A model generated the notes under the pieces. That model was not told the DNA's origin. It saw only the letters and a program-made list of their open reading frames with translations, and did not search any database. The translations under genes were made by a program, and so were the position numbers. Shown here one piece after another: positions 18,521 to 28,626 of a DNA stretch of 64,000 nucleotides. Each line of letters begins with the position of its first letter. The first letter of the stretch is position 1. The stretch lies in assembly GCA_002436405.1 (NCBI GenBank), contig DJLZ01000001.1, positions 270,001 through 334,000 on the forward strand, in the 5' to 3' direction. Origin of the DNA: Proteobacteria bacterium UBA6503 (lineage in GTDB: Bacteria > Pseudomonadota > Alphaproteobacteria > UBA1280 > UBA6503).

Positions 18521-19144
18521 TTAAAGGTTGTAATCTAATTCTTGGGCACGGGTCAGCCACAGTTTGGCCTCGTCCATCATATCATTCCCAAAGTAGCGGT
18601 TATCAAGGTGGTGGAACGCCAAAGCCATAGAGGCTGCAAGCGCCACACGACTGTCTTTTTCAGTTTCAAACATCAGGTAAATACGGTCTTCTTCAGTAGC
18701 AACTGGGGCCACACGCACATCACGTAGCAGCTGGCTAAGGGCGACGGTTTTTTTGTCGCCTTCCATTTTACGCGCCCAGTAAAATGCCTTTTGGCTTTGT
18801 TCACGGGTAAAGGCTTTTTCGCCCTTTGGGCAACCTTCAGGATTGGTACAGTAAAACTTGTTTGGCTGTGCATAATAAATAAATGCTGTATCGATGGCTT
18901 CGGATACATCGCCATTTTCAGCAAGTGCTTCCAAACGCTCAAGCGCTGATTCGCGACGGAATTTATACATTGGGCTGCGCAGTAGAGCCGTTACAATTTT
19001 AAGCTCTTTAATTTGGCTGCGGTATTCAGCCACCACATTTTGATACATTGACATATCAACAGCAGGGTCACGCATTACAAATGTTGCGGCAAATGAGGCT
19101 ACAAAAATAACCAGTGCAAGCACAATGAACTTAAAAACTTTCAT
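18521..19144 (-). CDS. Membrane-anchored or secreted protein of unknown function
   Basis: 207 aa, N-terminal hydrophobic anchor, no clear domain. Confidence 0.4.
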   Translation of the reverse strand: MKVFKFIVLALVIFVASFAATFVMRDPAVDMSMYQNVVAEYRSQIKELKIVTALLRSPMYKFRRESALERLEALAENGDVSEAIDTAFIYYAQPNKFYCTNPEGCPKGEKAFTREQSQKAFYWARKMEGDKKTVALSQLLRDVRVAPVATEEDRIYLMFETEKDSRVALAASMALAFHHLDNRYFGNDMMDEAKLWLTRAQELDYNL

Positions 19145-19188
19145 GGGGGTACCTTTTATTTTTCTTGTTGCTTAAGAGTACGCAGGTT

Positions 19189-22100
19189 TTACGAAACGTC
19201 AACCCATTGGCTTATGGCAGCTTCTAAATCAGCGCGCTTAATAGGCTTTGTTAAGAAGTGGTCCATCCCGACGGCAATACATCGTTCGTGGTTATCTGAC
19301 ATGATATCTGCTGTGAGCGCAATCACTGGCGTCTTAGGCAAACCCTTCTCAAGCTCATGCGCTCGGATTTGCAAGGTCGCCTCAAAACCATCCATTTCAG
19401 GCATTTGGCAGTCCATAAAGATAATATCGACCTGCTCATTCTTATACAAGTTCACAGCCTCAACACCATTGCTTGCAAAAATAGCCGTACAGCCCATAGC
19501 CTCCATATATTTAGCCATCAGAATGCGGTTTACATCCACATCTTCTACAACCATAACTCGGGCGCCTTGCACGCCTGCGGCTCTCGGCTTAGGCGCAACA
19601 ACCTCAGCTTCTTTTACTTTAGCTTCTGGCAGGCTTACTTCAAACGAGAATGTACTTCCCTTGCCTTTTTTACTCACCACTTTCATCTCGCCACCCATAA
19701 GGTCAGCCAGTGTTAGGCAAATATTTAGGCCAAGCCCCGTCCCACCAAAACGACGTGTTGTTGACTCTTCTTCTTGGGCAAATTTATCAAACACGTATTT
19801 AAGTTTATCCTGCGCAATACCAACACCAGTATCCTCTACTGAGATTACGATTGGCACTTTTTTACCTTTTGCATGTTTGCCTGCCGTAATTTTAATAAGC
19901 ACGTGCCCTTCAGCTGTAAACTTAATGGCATTACTTAAAAGGTTAGTCATAATTTGGCGTACACGCACAGGATCGCCCAAAACATACTGCGGTACATTGG
20001 GGTCAATGTGCATCAGCAAGGCCACGCCTTTTTGCTCAGCACTGTTTGCAAAAAGAATGCTGATTTCTTCTAGAATATTGCGGAGTGAGAACGGGATTTT
20101 TTCAAGAGTTAGGCGCCCAGCACGAATTTTAGAAATATCCAAAATATCATTAATAATAGACAACAATGCATCACCTGATGACTTAATTGCCCTTGTAAGC
20201 TGCTGCTGTGTTTCGTTTAGTTTTGTATCAAGAAGCAGGTCTGCCATGCCCAATACGCCGTTCATCGGGGTACGGATTTCGTGGCTCATATTTGCCAAGA
20301 AGTCATCTTTCGATTGGTTCGCATGCTCGGCCAGTTCTTTTGCCTCAATCAACTCAGCTTCTTTATTTTTCTGATCGCTAATATCGCGAATAAGTTCAAT
20401 GTAAACAGGCTGATTATCCAAAACAACCTTGGCCACACTTAAGCGGAATGGGAATGTGTCACCATTTTTACGAACACCCATAATTTCACGCCCGCTCCCA
20501 AAGGTATCTTCTTCACCAATTTTCAGGTAGCTGGTGTGCTTTGTTAAGGCCTCGCCCACCATAAGGTCTGTCACGTACTTGCCAATCACTTGGCGTTCTG
20601 AGTAACCAAAAATATGCTTAGCGCCGATGTTAAAACTCAAAATCCGTCCGTCGGCATCGACCGAGATTACACCCTCTTGCACGTTATCCATCAGTGTTTT
20701 AAGGCGTTTTTGCTCGTTCTCAAGCTGGTTGTTTACCTGACGAATATTCTGCGCAGCTTCCTCAAGGTCACGGTTTAAGAGTTCTTTTTGCGCAACCTGT
20801 TTTGAAAGTTCTCGCTGGGTTCTAAAGTCAGCCTCCTGTCGGCGCAAAAGGTTATAAAAATAGGCCGCAACAAGGGCCGTCAGTACGGCGCAAATAACCA
20901 GAACAGCCCAAGCCACATATTCAGTAAAGCTTAAAAACCTGTGTGTTGGTACAAAGGTTATATCCCAAGACTTACCCATAAATTTGCGTGAGGATACAAG
21001 TTTAATATGGCTATTTTCATTCATGCCAACAGACTGATAAACATGTTCACCATTCACATCAACATCAATAGCCAAACGGTTCGCACGGGCGCTATGCTTT
21101 ACCTCTTTAATCAAAGCGTTGAGGTCCAAGGTCAGCACCAAATACCCCTCGACGTTCTGATCCATATACTCTTCAAGGCTTTGTGTATCTATGCGCGACT
21201 TTTTAAAGGGCTTATGCCCCTCTTTATAAACAGGGTGCACAAAACGCAAAAGGCGTTGCTCAGGCGCATGCTCAGAGGTTAAAACCTCCGCACGTACAGC
21301 ATGTTGAAATACAGCTAAAGCACCTTCATAAATAAAAGCGCGCCCCTTCTCTGGCTTTTCATTCCTAAAGTAAGAGAGCGGCACCTTGTATTTTTCTCCC
21401 TCAGCCTTCGCATAATAAAGCCCCTGAAATGACGGCTGCTCCTCAAAAGAAGGAGAAACAAAGCGCTGAAATTCTTTAAATGTCACGTCCTCAGAAGCTT
21501 TAAAAAAGGCCTCTACACGGTCCATAACAACAACGGTGTTATCAAGTTTTTGGTTTAACTCTTGAAGAAACCCAACAGCTTCGTATCTAAAGCGCTCAAC
21601 TGTATTTTCGTGTGCAATATTTTGCGTCGCCCAAAATAATAGCATCGACGCACTACCACCAAAAACAAGCACGGTTGCCAAGGTTAGCGTATAACGCTGA
21701 CTACGGCCAAACACACGAATAGCGCCTAAACTACGGAAGAAAACAGCATCGACGAGAACCCACAATGCAATCAACGCTAAAAGGCCGACAAAACTCATCC
21801 CCACAATGAATGAGTAGTTGGTGCCCACAATTTTAAATAGGTCGTACTCAGGCACAAAAACAACAGATGAATACATACCCATTTGCGTGGCCAAAACACC
21901 AATACCCGTCACTAAAACAGCCAAAAACGCTAGTAAGTTTCGGCGGCGGCTGTAATGAGGGCTCATGCCAAAGAAGTGCCACACAATAACGGCACACGGT
22001 AGAATAAACCCAGCCAATGCCAACGATAAACTAAATAGCATCGGTATAAAACCTGTGCGTCCATCAAATCCTAACGCATAGACCGAAAGCAGCGTGCTCA

Positions 22101-22503
22101 AGCAAACTCCGGTTGTTAACACAAGGCACATAGGCACAATCTGAGAATCTGTATAAGTCCGGCGGCGCCACAAGCGTATGAGTGACCACACCATAACCAT
22201 ATTCACGGTGTACCACACCCCTGAAAGGATAGGGTCTAGTGAAACTGCAAATTCAAAATCAAACGCCCAGATAGATTTATACTGAGCGCCAAACACAGCG
22301 CCACCCACCAAGAAAACAGCAAAAATTTCCATCACATTCCGCTGTAGGCCACTTACTTTACGGCGCAAGTTCAGAACATGCAGCCCCGCAAAGCTGAGGA
22401 GAATAAAGAAATCAATCGCACACAAGCCATACCACGAGACGTACTCACCCGCGCGAATCGCATTCGCTGGGAGAATAAAAATCCAGAAGTTATCTAAAAG
22501 CAT
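19189..22503 (-). CDS. Hybrid sensor histidine kinase: multi-TM N-terminus, periplasmic CHASE-like domain, PAS, HisKA, HATPase, receiver
   Basis: 1104 aa. H-box SHEIRTPMNGVLG, N/G boxes (NLLSNAIKFT, DTGVGI, GGTGLGL), C-terminal receiver (DIIFMDCQMPEMDG...LTKP). Confidence 0.85.
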   Translation of the reverse strand: MLLDNFWIFILPANAIRAGEYVSWYGLCAIDFFILLSFAGLHVLNLRRKVSGLQRNVMEIFAVFLVGGAVFGAQYKSIWAFDFEFAVSLDPILSGVWYTVNMVMVWSLIRLWRRRTYTDSQIVPMCLVLTTGVCLSTLLSVYALGFDGRTGFIPMLFSLSLALAGFILPCAVIVWHFFGMSPHYSRRRNLLAFLAVLVTGIGVLATQMGMYSSVVFVPEYDLFKIVGTNYSFIVGMSFVGLLALIALWVLVDAVFFRSLGAIRVFGRSQRYTLTLATVLVFGGSASMLLFWATQNIAHENTVERFRYEAVGFLQELNQKLDNTVVVMDRVEAFFKASEDVTFKEFQRFVSPSFEEQPSFQGLYYAKAEGEKYKVPLSYFRNEKPEKGRAFIYEGALAVFQHAVRAEVLTSEHAPEQRLLRFVHPVYKEGHKPFKKSRIDTQSLEEYMDQNVEGYLVLTLDLNALIKEVKHSARANRLAIDVDVNGEHVYQSVGMNENSHIKLVSSRKFMGKSWDITFVPTHRFLSFTEYVAWAVLVICAVLTALVAAYFYNLLRRQEADFRTQRELSKQVAQKELLNRDLEEAAQNIRQVNNQLENEQKRLKTLMDNVQEGVISVDADGRILSFNIGAKHIFGYSERQVIGKYVTDLMVGEALTKHTSYLKIGEEDTFGSGREIMGVRKNGDTFPFRLSVAKVVLDNQPVYIELIRDISDQKNKEAELIEAKELAEHANQSKDDFLANMSHEIRTPMNGVLGMADLLLDTKLNETQQQLTRAIKSSGDALLSIINDILDISKIRAGRLTLEKIPFSLRNILEEISILFANSAEQKGVALLMHIDPNVPQYVLGDPVRVRQIMTNLLSNAIKFTAEGHVLIKITAGKHAKGKKVPIVISVEDTGVGIAQDKLKYVFDKFAQEEESTTRRFGGTGLGLNICLTLADLMGGEMKVVSKKGKGSTFSFEVSLPEAKVKEAEVVAPKPRAAGVQGARVMVVEDVDVNRILMAKYMEAMGCTAIFASNGVEAVNLYKNEQVDIIFMDCQMPEMDGFEATLQIRAHELEKGLPKTPVIALTADIMSDNHERCIAVGMDHFLTKPIKRADLEAAISQWVDVS

Positions 22504-22667
22504 GGCTTTAAAATTCTTGTTATCGTTTCCATATAATATAGGTATGCATTGCTTTTACCACACCCCCCTTCGGGGAAAAGTAAGCGAGGTGATTTACCAC
22601 TTATGGCAAACCCCACCATGCGGTATAGTTTATATGCATTATTACAATAAGAACAAGAAACATCCCC

Positions 22668-24989
22668 ATGGCAGATAACAAGGCGCGTCCTATTAACACC
22701 AAAAGTTACGACTTTGCGGCCAGCACTTTCCGCCGTTTTGAGCGCATTTTTGGCCTCAACATTAAAGTTGTCGGCAACGAAAACGACGCCCTTAAAAATG
22801 GTGAGATTTTTCTTTTCAACCACTTTGCTCGCTTTGAAACACTCATTCCGCCTTACATTATTCACCGTGAAGAAGGTGCATATTGCCGCTCGGTAGCCGA
22901 TGCAGGCCTCTTTGCTGGTGGCGGCAAATTTGCTGATCTCCTGCATGATGTAGGTGCTGTGCCTAACAACCTCCCAGGCCTATTGCCGTTCCTTGCGGCT
23001 GAAATTTTGCGAGGTCGTAAGGTGGTTATTTTCCCTGAAGGGGCAATGATTAAAGACCGCCGTATTACCGATGACATGGGCGAGCTAGGTATTTTCTCGC
23101 ACAAGCACAATCTTTTCCGTAAGCACCACCGCGGTGCTGCTGTACTGGCCTTTACGCTAGAAATGTTTAAACGACGTATTTTGTCAGTTTTTGAAGCTGG
23201 TAATGAGCGCCGTATTAAACACTGGCAAACAGCCTTGGGCCTTCCAAGCAAAGAAGCGTTGTTTGAAGCTGCGTCAAAACCAACACTGATTGTGCCGGGC
23301 AACATCACGTTTTACCCTGTACGCATTGACGACAACATTCTGACCAAAGGCGCAAACCTTTTCGCCAAAAAGCCTTCAGCCCAAATGATTGAAGAGCTTA
23401 TTATCGAAGGTAACCTTATTTTCAAAGAAACCGATATGGACATTCGCTTAGGCGAGCCTATCAGCGCCAAACATAGCTGGAAGTGGGTCGACGGTGTCTT
23501 GATGCGTCATTACTTTAAGAACATTGACTCGCTTGAGCAGTTCTTTGGCCTCAAAGAAACGGCCGACCGCCTGACCGAAAAACTTATTGTGCGCCGCATC
23601 AGCAAAGAAGCTGACCGCATTCGCGATAAATACATGGAAGGCATCTATAAGCAAACCACTGTAAACTTGGCGCACCTTGCGTCAGTGCTTTTGCAGGAGC
23701 TTATGGGCCGTGACATCCGCACTGTTGAGATGAAAGACTTCCACAGCGTGCTATACCACGCCATGAAAGACCTACAAAAGCAGCCGCACATTGCGCTACA
23801 CCGTAGCTTAACTTGGCCTGACCGCTACCGTGGCCTTGTTGAAAGTGACTGCCCAGACCTTGGCCGCTTTATTGAAACTTGCCAAAAGGCAGGCCTGCTG
23901 TTGACCACGGGTACATGCTACAAGTTGCTTGATAAACTGAATGAGCAAAGCCAGTTCCACGCAGTACGCCTTGAAAACCCTGTGCTTGTTTCAGCCAACG
24001 AAGTGGCACCACTGCACGAAGTCCGTGCCAGCGTGGCAACTGCTCTTGACCGCTCACTGGACAAGAAAATCACACCAGAAGAAACAGCAAACAACCTGTT
24101 TGACGATGAAGTGCGTACTCATAAGTGGAACAAAACCTACTACACCCGCCCACGCTTTGAAGACCTTAATAAAAAAGAAACGGCCACCCGCAGCGGTGCC
24201 CCGTTTATGTATGCCCCGGCTGACGGTGTAGAGCCTAAAAACATTGGTATTTTGTTGGTGCATGGGTTCTTAGCGTCACCGGCTGAGCTTCAGTCATACG
24301 GTGAAGAACTTTCACGCCAAGGCTACCACGTTTACGGTGTACGCCTTGCTGGCCATGGCACCTCACCTTGGGAGCTGCACAGCCGCACATGGCGTGACTG
24401 GCTTTCATCAGTGCGTCGTAGCCACCGCATTTTGTCAGCCTTTGTTGATAAAGTTGTGGTTGTTGGCTTTTCAACAGGTGGCGCATTGGGTCTACTATTT
24501 GCTGCCGAAAACCCGCCTAAACTTGCAGGCGTTGCCAGTGTTTCAGCCCCGCTACAAGTGCAGGACAAAAACATGATTTTTGTACCGCTTATGAACCAAA
24601 TTAATAACCTTGTAAGTTGGCTTCCTGGTGTTGAAGGGGTGATTCCGTTTTACGATAACAACCCAGAAAACAAAGACATTAACTACCGCACCATGCCTGT
24701 AAAGGCCGTGAACGAGCTGCGTGGCGTTATGTCGATGCTGAAGCGCTCGCTCAAGCAAATCAGCCTGCCTGTAACAATTATTCAAGGCGACCACGACAAG
24801 GTTGTAAAATCATCAAGCGCTGAAATTATTTATAAGGGTCTAACGAACTGCCCTGATAAGACTCTGCATTGGATTAAAACCAACGAGCATGCGCTGATTT
24901 ATAAAAACATCGGGGATACATTTAAACACCTCGAAGACTTTATTAACCGAACTTCAAAAACCAAACTTCTGGAAAACACGCCAGAATAA
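22668..24989 (+). CDS. Fusion protein: PlsC-like acyltransferase domain plus alpha/beta-hydrolase (lysophospholipase/esterase) domain
   Basis: 773 aa. N-terminal NHFARFE (HX4E) and FPEG acyltransferase motifs. C-terminal VHGF...GHG and GFSTGG (GxSxG) nucleophile elbow. Confidence 0.65.
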   Translation: MADNKARPINTKSYDFAASTFRRFERIFGLNIKVVGNENDALKNGEIFLFNHFARFETLIPPYIIHREEGAYCRSVADAGLFAGGGKFADLLHDVGAVPNNLPGLLPFLAAEILRGRKVVIFPEGAMIKDRRITDDMGELGIFSHKHNLFRKHHRGAAVLAFTLEMFKRRILSVFEAGNERRIKHWQTALGLPSKEALFEAASKPTLIVPGNITFYPVRIDDNILTKGANLFAKKPSAQMIEELIIEGNLIFKETDMDIRLGEPISAKHSWKWVDGVLMRHYFKNIDSLEQFFGLKETADRLTEKLIVRRISKEADRIRDKYMEGIYKQTTVNLAHLASVLLQELMGRDIRTVEMKDFHSVLYHAMKDLQKQPHIALHRSLTWPDRYRGLVESDCPDLGRFIETCQKAGLLLTTGTCYKLLDKLNEQSQFHAVRLENPVLVSANEVAPLHEVRASVATALDRSLDKKITPEETANNLFDDEVRTHKWNKTYYTRPRFEDLNKKETATRSGAPFMYAPADGVEPKNIGILLVHGFLASPAELQSYGEELSRQGYHVYGVRLAGHGTSPWELHSRTWRDWLSSVRRSHRILSAFVDKVVVVGFSTGGALGLLFAAENPPKLAGVASVSAPLQVQDKNMIFVPLMNQINNLVSWLPGVEGVIPFYDNNPENKDINYRTMPVKAVNELRGVMSMLKRSLKQISLPVTIIQGDHDKVVKSSSAEIIYKGLTNCPDKTLHWIKTNEHALIYKNIGDTFKHLEDFINRTSKTKLLENTPE

Positions 24990-25027
24990 GTTACCATTTT
25001 AATAAATAACAAAAAGGAACAGTCCAC

Positions 25028-26173
25028 ATGTCACAAACTAAATCAATCGTGATTGCTGCTTACAAACGTACGCCGTTTACCCGTGCCTACAAAGGTGACC
25101 TTTCAAAAGTTCGCTCAGACGACTTTGGCGCCCAACTTATTCGCGGCCTTGTGGATCAAACCAAAATTGACCCTGAAACAATCGAAGACCTATTGGTAGG
25201 TAACGCCTTCCCTGAAGCTGAGCAAGGCTTTAACGTGGCCCGCCTTATGGTATTCCTTGCTGGTCTTAGCAACAGCACAGCAGGTGCTACTGTTAACCGC
25301 TTTTGTGGCTCATCAATGACCACCATCCACCAAGCGGCAGGTAACATTGCCATGGGCGCAGGCGAAGCTTACATCTGTGCAGGCATTGAATCTATGAGCC
25401 ACGTCCCGATGACTGGCTTTAACCCAATGCCAAACCCAGAGCTGATGGAACGTATGCCGCAAGCTTACATCGGCATGGGCGAAACTGCTGAAAACCTTGC
25501 CAAGAAATACAAAATTGACCGCACCGCTCAAGACGGTTTTGCTGTCGCTAGCCACCAAAAGGCTGCTAAAGCACAAGCTGATGGCAAATTTAAAGATGAA
25601 ATCGTAACCGTTAAGCACGGCGGTAAAGAAATTAAAGAAGATGGCTGCATCCGTGGTGATAGCTCACTCGAAAGCCTCTCAACCCTAGACCCAGCGTTTG
25701 ATAAAAACGGTACTGTAACAGCGGGTACATCATCACCTCTGACCGATGGTGCGTCAGCTGTATTGGTATGTACCGAAGAATACGCCAAGAAAAACAACCT
25801 TGAGCCTTTGGCCCGCATTCGTTCAATTGCGGTTTCAGGCTGCTTGCCAGAAATCATGGGTATTGGCCCTGTTAACGCCACTAAAAAAGCCCTTGAGCGT
25901 GCAGGCCTTACTGTTGACGATATTGACGTATTTGAACTTAACGAAGCCTTTGCCGCACAGTCACTCGCTGTGATTGAAGAGCTTAAAATCCCACTTGAAA
26001 AGCTAAACCTTGATGGGGGTGCCATTGCACTTGGCCACCCACTTGGGGCTTCAGGTGGTCGTATTACTGGTAAGGCTGCGCAACTGCTTAAACGTGAAAA
26101 AGGTAAGTACGCCCTTGCCACCATGTGTATTGGTGGTGGTCAAGGTATCGCCACTGTATTGGAGGCACTATAA
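25028..26173 (+). CDS. fadA: Acetyl-CoA C-acyltransferase (thiolase), beta-oxidation
   Basis: 381 aa. Thiolase signatures NRFCGSSM (active Cys), GGAIALGHPLGASG, CIGGGQG. Confidence 0.85.
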   Translation: MSQTKSIVIAAYKRTPFTRAYKGDLSKVRSDDFGAQLIRGLVDQTKIDPETIEDLLVGNAFPEAEQGFNVARLMVFLAGLSNSTAGATVNRFCGSSMTTIHQAAGNIAMGAGEAYICAGIESMSHVPMTGFNPMPNPELMERMPQAYIGMGETAENLAKKYKIDRTAQDGFAVASHQKAAKAQADGKFKDEIVTVKHGGKEIKEDGCIRGDSSLESLSTLDPAFDKNGTVTAGTSSPLTDGASAVLVCTEEYAKKNNLEPLARIRSIAVSGCLPEIMGIGPVNATKKALERAGLTVDDIDVFELNEAFAAQSLAVIEELKIPLEKLNLDGGAIALGHPLGASGGRITGKAAQLLKREKGKYALATMCIGGGQGIATVLEAL

Positions 26174-26175
26174 TC

Positions 26176-28563
26176 ATGCCTAAAAACACCATTAAACCGA
26201 TTGAAAAAGTTTGTGTGATTGGTGCGGGCGTTATGGGCGCCGGCATTGCCGCACAAATTGCCAACGCAGGCGTTGAAGTTCTGCTGCTTGATATTGTGCC
26301 GAAAGACACCCCAAAAGATGGCAACCGTAATGCCATTGCTGAAGGGGCTATCCAAAAGCTATTGAAGCAAAACCCAGCACCTTTGATGACCAAGCGTGCT
26401 GCAAAACGCATTACCCCTGGCAACATTGATGATGACCTTAAAAAAGCGGGTCAGTGCGACTGGGTGATTGAAGCTGTTATTGAGCGTTTAGACATTAAGC
26501 AAAACCTTTATGCAAACCTTGATAAGTTCCGTTTGAAGGACACGATTGTTTCGTCAAACACTTCAACCATCCCAATGGATGAGCTTATTGCAAAGTCTAA
26601 AGCACCCTTTAAGAAGAAGTTTATGATTACCCACTTCTTCAACCCGCCACGCTACATGCGCCTTCTTGAGTTGGTCACGAAAAACGATACTGACCCTGAA
26701 GCCGTTGAGCGTATTCGCCATTTTTGTGATTACCGCTTAGGTAAAACCGTTGTGGAGTGTAACGATACGCCGGGCTTTATTGCCAACCGTATCGGCACCT
26801 ACTGGCTACACTGCGCCGTAACCGAAGCTATTAAACAAGATATTGACGTTGAAACTGCCGATGCTGTGCTTTCAAAGCCTGTGGGCTTCCCTCGTACAGG
26901 TGTTTTTGGCCTGATGGATATGGTCGGTCTTGACCTTATGCCTCACGTGCTAAGCAGCCTTTCAAACGCGCTTGATAAAGACGATCCATTCCATGCACTG
27001 GGCGACGCCCCTAAACTGCTTGAGAAGATGATTGAAGACGGCTACACAGGCCGTAAAGGTAAAGGTGGTTTTTACCGCCTAACGAAAGATAAAACCAAGC
27101 AAGCCCTTAACCTGAATGACGGTAGCTACTTTGACGCAAAGCGCCCTAAAGTTGATGCTGCAAAAGCAGGTAAAAAAGGCATGCGTGATGTGCTGACGCA
27201 CGATAGCGCTGCAGGTAAATACGCTTGGACGGTCATTTCTAAAACCCTATCGTACGCAGCTTCACTGCTGCCTGAGATTGCCGATACAATCGTTGAAGTT
27301 GATGACGCCATGAAGCTTGGCTACAACTGGAAATATGGCCCATTTGAAATGCTCGATAAATTGGGCACCGAATGGTTCTCGGAAAAACTACGTGCTGAAA
27401 ACCGCCCACTGCCGCCACTATTGGGCATTGCTAACGGCCAGCCGTTCTACAAAAACATTAAAGGCGTGCGCCACTACCTTGGCGGCAACGGTGAATACCA
27501 CCCAGTACCACGCCCAGAAGGTGTGCTACTGCTTGAAGACATTAAGCGTACGCAAAAACCACTGCTACGCAACAAGTCAGCTAGCCTTTGGGATATTGGC
27601 GATGGCATTACCTGCCTTGAGTTCCACTCAAAAATGAACTCACTTAACCCGCTGACTATGTGCCTGATTAATAAGGCTGTAAAATACATCCCTGAGCATG
27701 GCTATAAAGGTATGGTGATTTACAACGAGGGGGCGCACTTCTCAGTTGGGGCTAACCTTGCCCTGCTTTACGGTGCGGCTAAGTTGCACATTTGGCCTTT
27801 TATTAACTGGTTCCTTAACTACGGCCAACAGTCATACAACAAGTTGAAGTACGCAAACTTCCCTGTTGTGGGTGCGCCTTCAGGCATGGCCCTCGGTGGC
27901 GGTTGCGAAGTGCTGCTGCACTGTGACGGCATTGAAGCCCACGCCGAAACCTACATGGGTTTGGTTGAAGCTGGCGTAGGGATTATCCCTGGTTGGGGCG
28001 GCTGTAAAGAGCTACTCGAGCGTGCCCAAGTTAAACAAAATGCCCGCATTAAACCGCTTAAAGGTTGGGTCGCCCCTAACTTTGTACCAGGTGGCCCAAT
28101 GGCTGGCGTGCTTGAGGTCTTCCCTAAAATTGCGATGGCAGAAGTGCCAAAATCAGCCTTTGAAGCACAGGAAAGTTTGTTCCTCCGCAAGGCCGACCGT
28201 GTGGTGATGAACAAAGATCGCCTACTCTTCCAAGCGAAAGAGCGTGCGCTCCTAATGGCCGAAGGCTACACCCCACCTAAACCACCAGTGTTCCGCTTGG
28301 CGGGCCAAAGTGGTGTGGCTGCTATTAAACTTGGCGTAAGCGACTACGTTAAAAAAGGCGTAGCGTCTGAGCATGATGCCTACATTGGCGAAGTTTTGGC
28401 AGGCGTACTGTGCGACGGTAAGCGTGGCGATATTAACCACGAAACCACCGAGCAAGACATCCTCGATTACGAACGTGCTGGCCTTATTAAACTGGCTAAA
28501 ACTAAAAAGACCAAAGCCCGTGTTGTGCACATGCTGAAAAAAGGTAAGCCGCTACGTAACTAA
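26176..28563 (+). CDS. Bifunctional 3-hydroxyacyl-CoA dehydrogenase (N-terminal) / enoyl-CoA hydratase (C-terminal), FadN-type domain order
   Basis: Start at ATG after GGAGG. Rossmann VIGAGVMGAGIA and HFFNPP motif N-terminal. Crotonase-fold region C-terminal. Confidence 0.8.
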   Translation: MPKNTIKPIEKVCVIGAGVMGAGIAAQIANAGVEVLLLDIVPKDTPKDGNRNAIAEGAIQKLLKQNPAPLMTKRAAKRITPGNIDDDLKKAGQCDWVIEAVIERLDIKQNLYANLDKFRLKDTIVSSNTSTIPMDELIAKSKAPFKKKFMITHFFNPPRYMRLLELVTKNDTDPEAVERIRHFCDYRLGKTVVECNDTPGFIANRIGTYWLHCAVTEAIKQDIDVETADAVLSKPVGFPRTGVFGLMDMVGLDLMPHVLSSLSNALDKDDPFHALGDAPKLLEKMIEDGYTGRKGKGGFYRLTKDKTKQALNLNDGSYFDAKRPKVDAAKAGKKGMRDVLTHDSAAGKYAWTVISKTLSYAASLLPEIADTIVEVDDAMKLGYNWKYGPFEMLDKLGTEWFSEKLRAENRPLPPLLGIANGQPFYKNIKGVRHYLGGNGEYHPVPRPEGVLLLEDIKRTQKPLLRNKSASLWDIGDGITCLEFHSKMNSLNPLTMCLINKAVKYIPEHGYKGMVIYNEGAHFSVGANLALLYGAAKLHIWPFINWFLNYGQQSYNKLKYANFPVVGAPSGMALGGGCEVLLHCDGIEAHAETYMGLVEAGVGIIPGWGGCKELLERAQVKQNARIKPLKGWVAPNFVPGGPMAGVLEVFPKIAMAEVPKSAFEAQESLFLRKADRVVMNKDRLLFQAKERALLMAEGYTPPKPPVFRLAGQSGVAAIKLGVSDYVKKGVASEHDAYIGEVLAGVLCDGKRGDINHETTEQDILDYERAGLIKLAKTKKTKARVVHMLKKGKPLRN

Positions 28564-28626
28564 CGTAAGGCCCACAGCGCATAATAAATATAACGGAATA
28601 TAAAGATATAAAAGGAGTTCCGACAA

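Noticed and set aside
19214-20374. 386-aa plus-strand ORF inside the histidine-kinase gene
   Set aside because: Antisense to a well-supported 1104-aa kinase with intact H, N and G boxes. Ser- and Ile-rich nonsense composition.
25528-26124. 198-aa minus-strand ORF overlapping the thiolase gene
   Set aside because: Antisense shadow of fadA. Ser/Ala/Pro-rich, no RBS.
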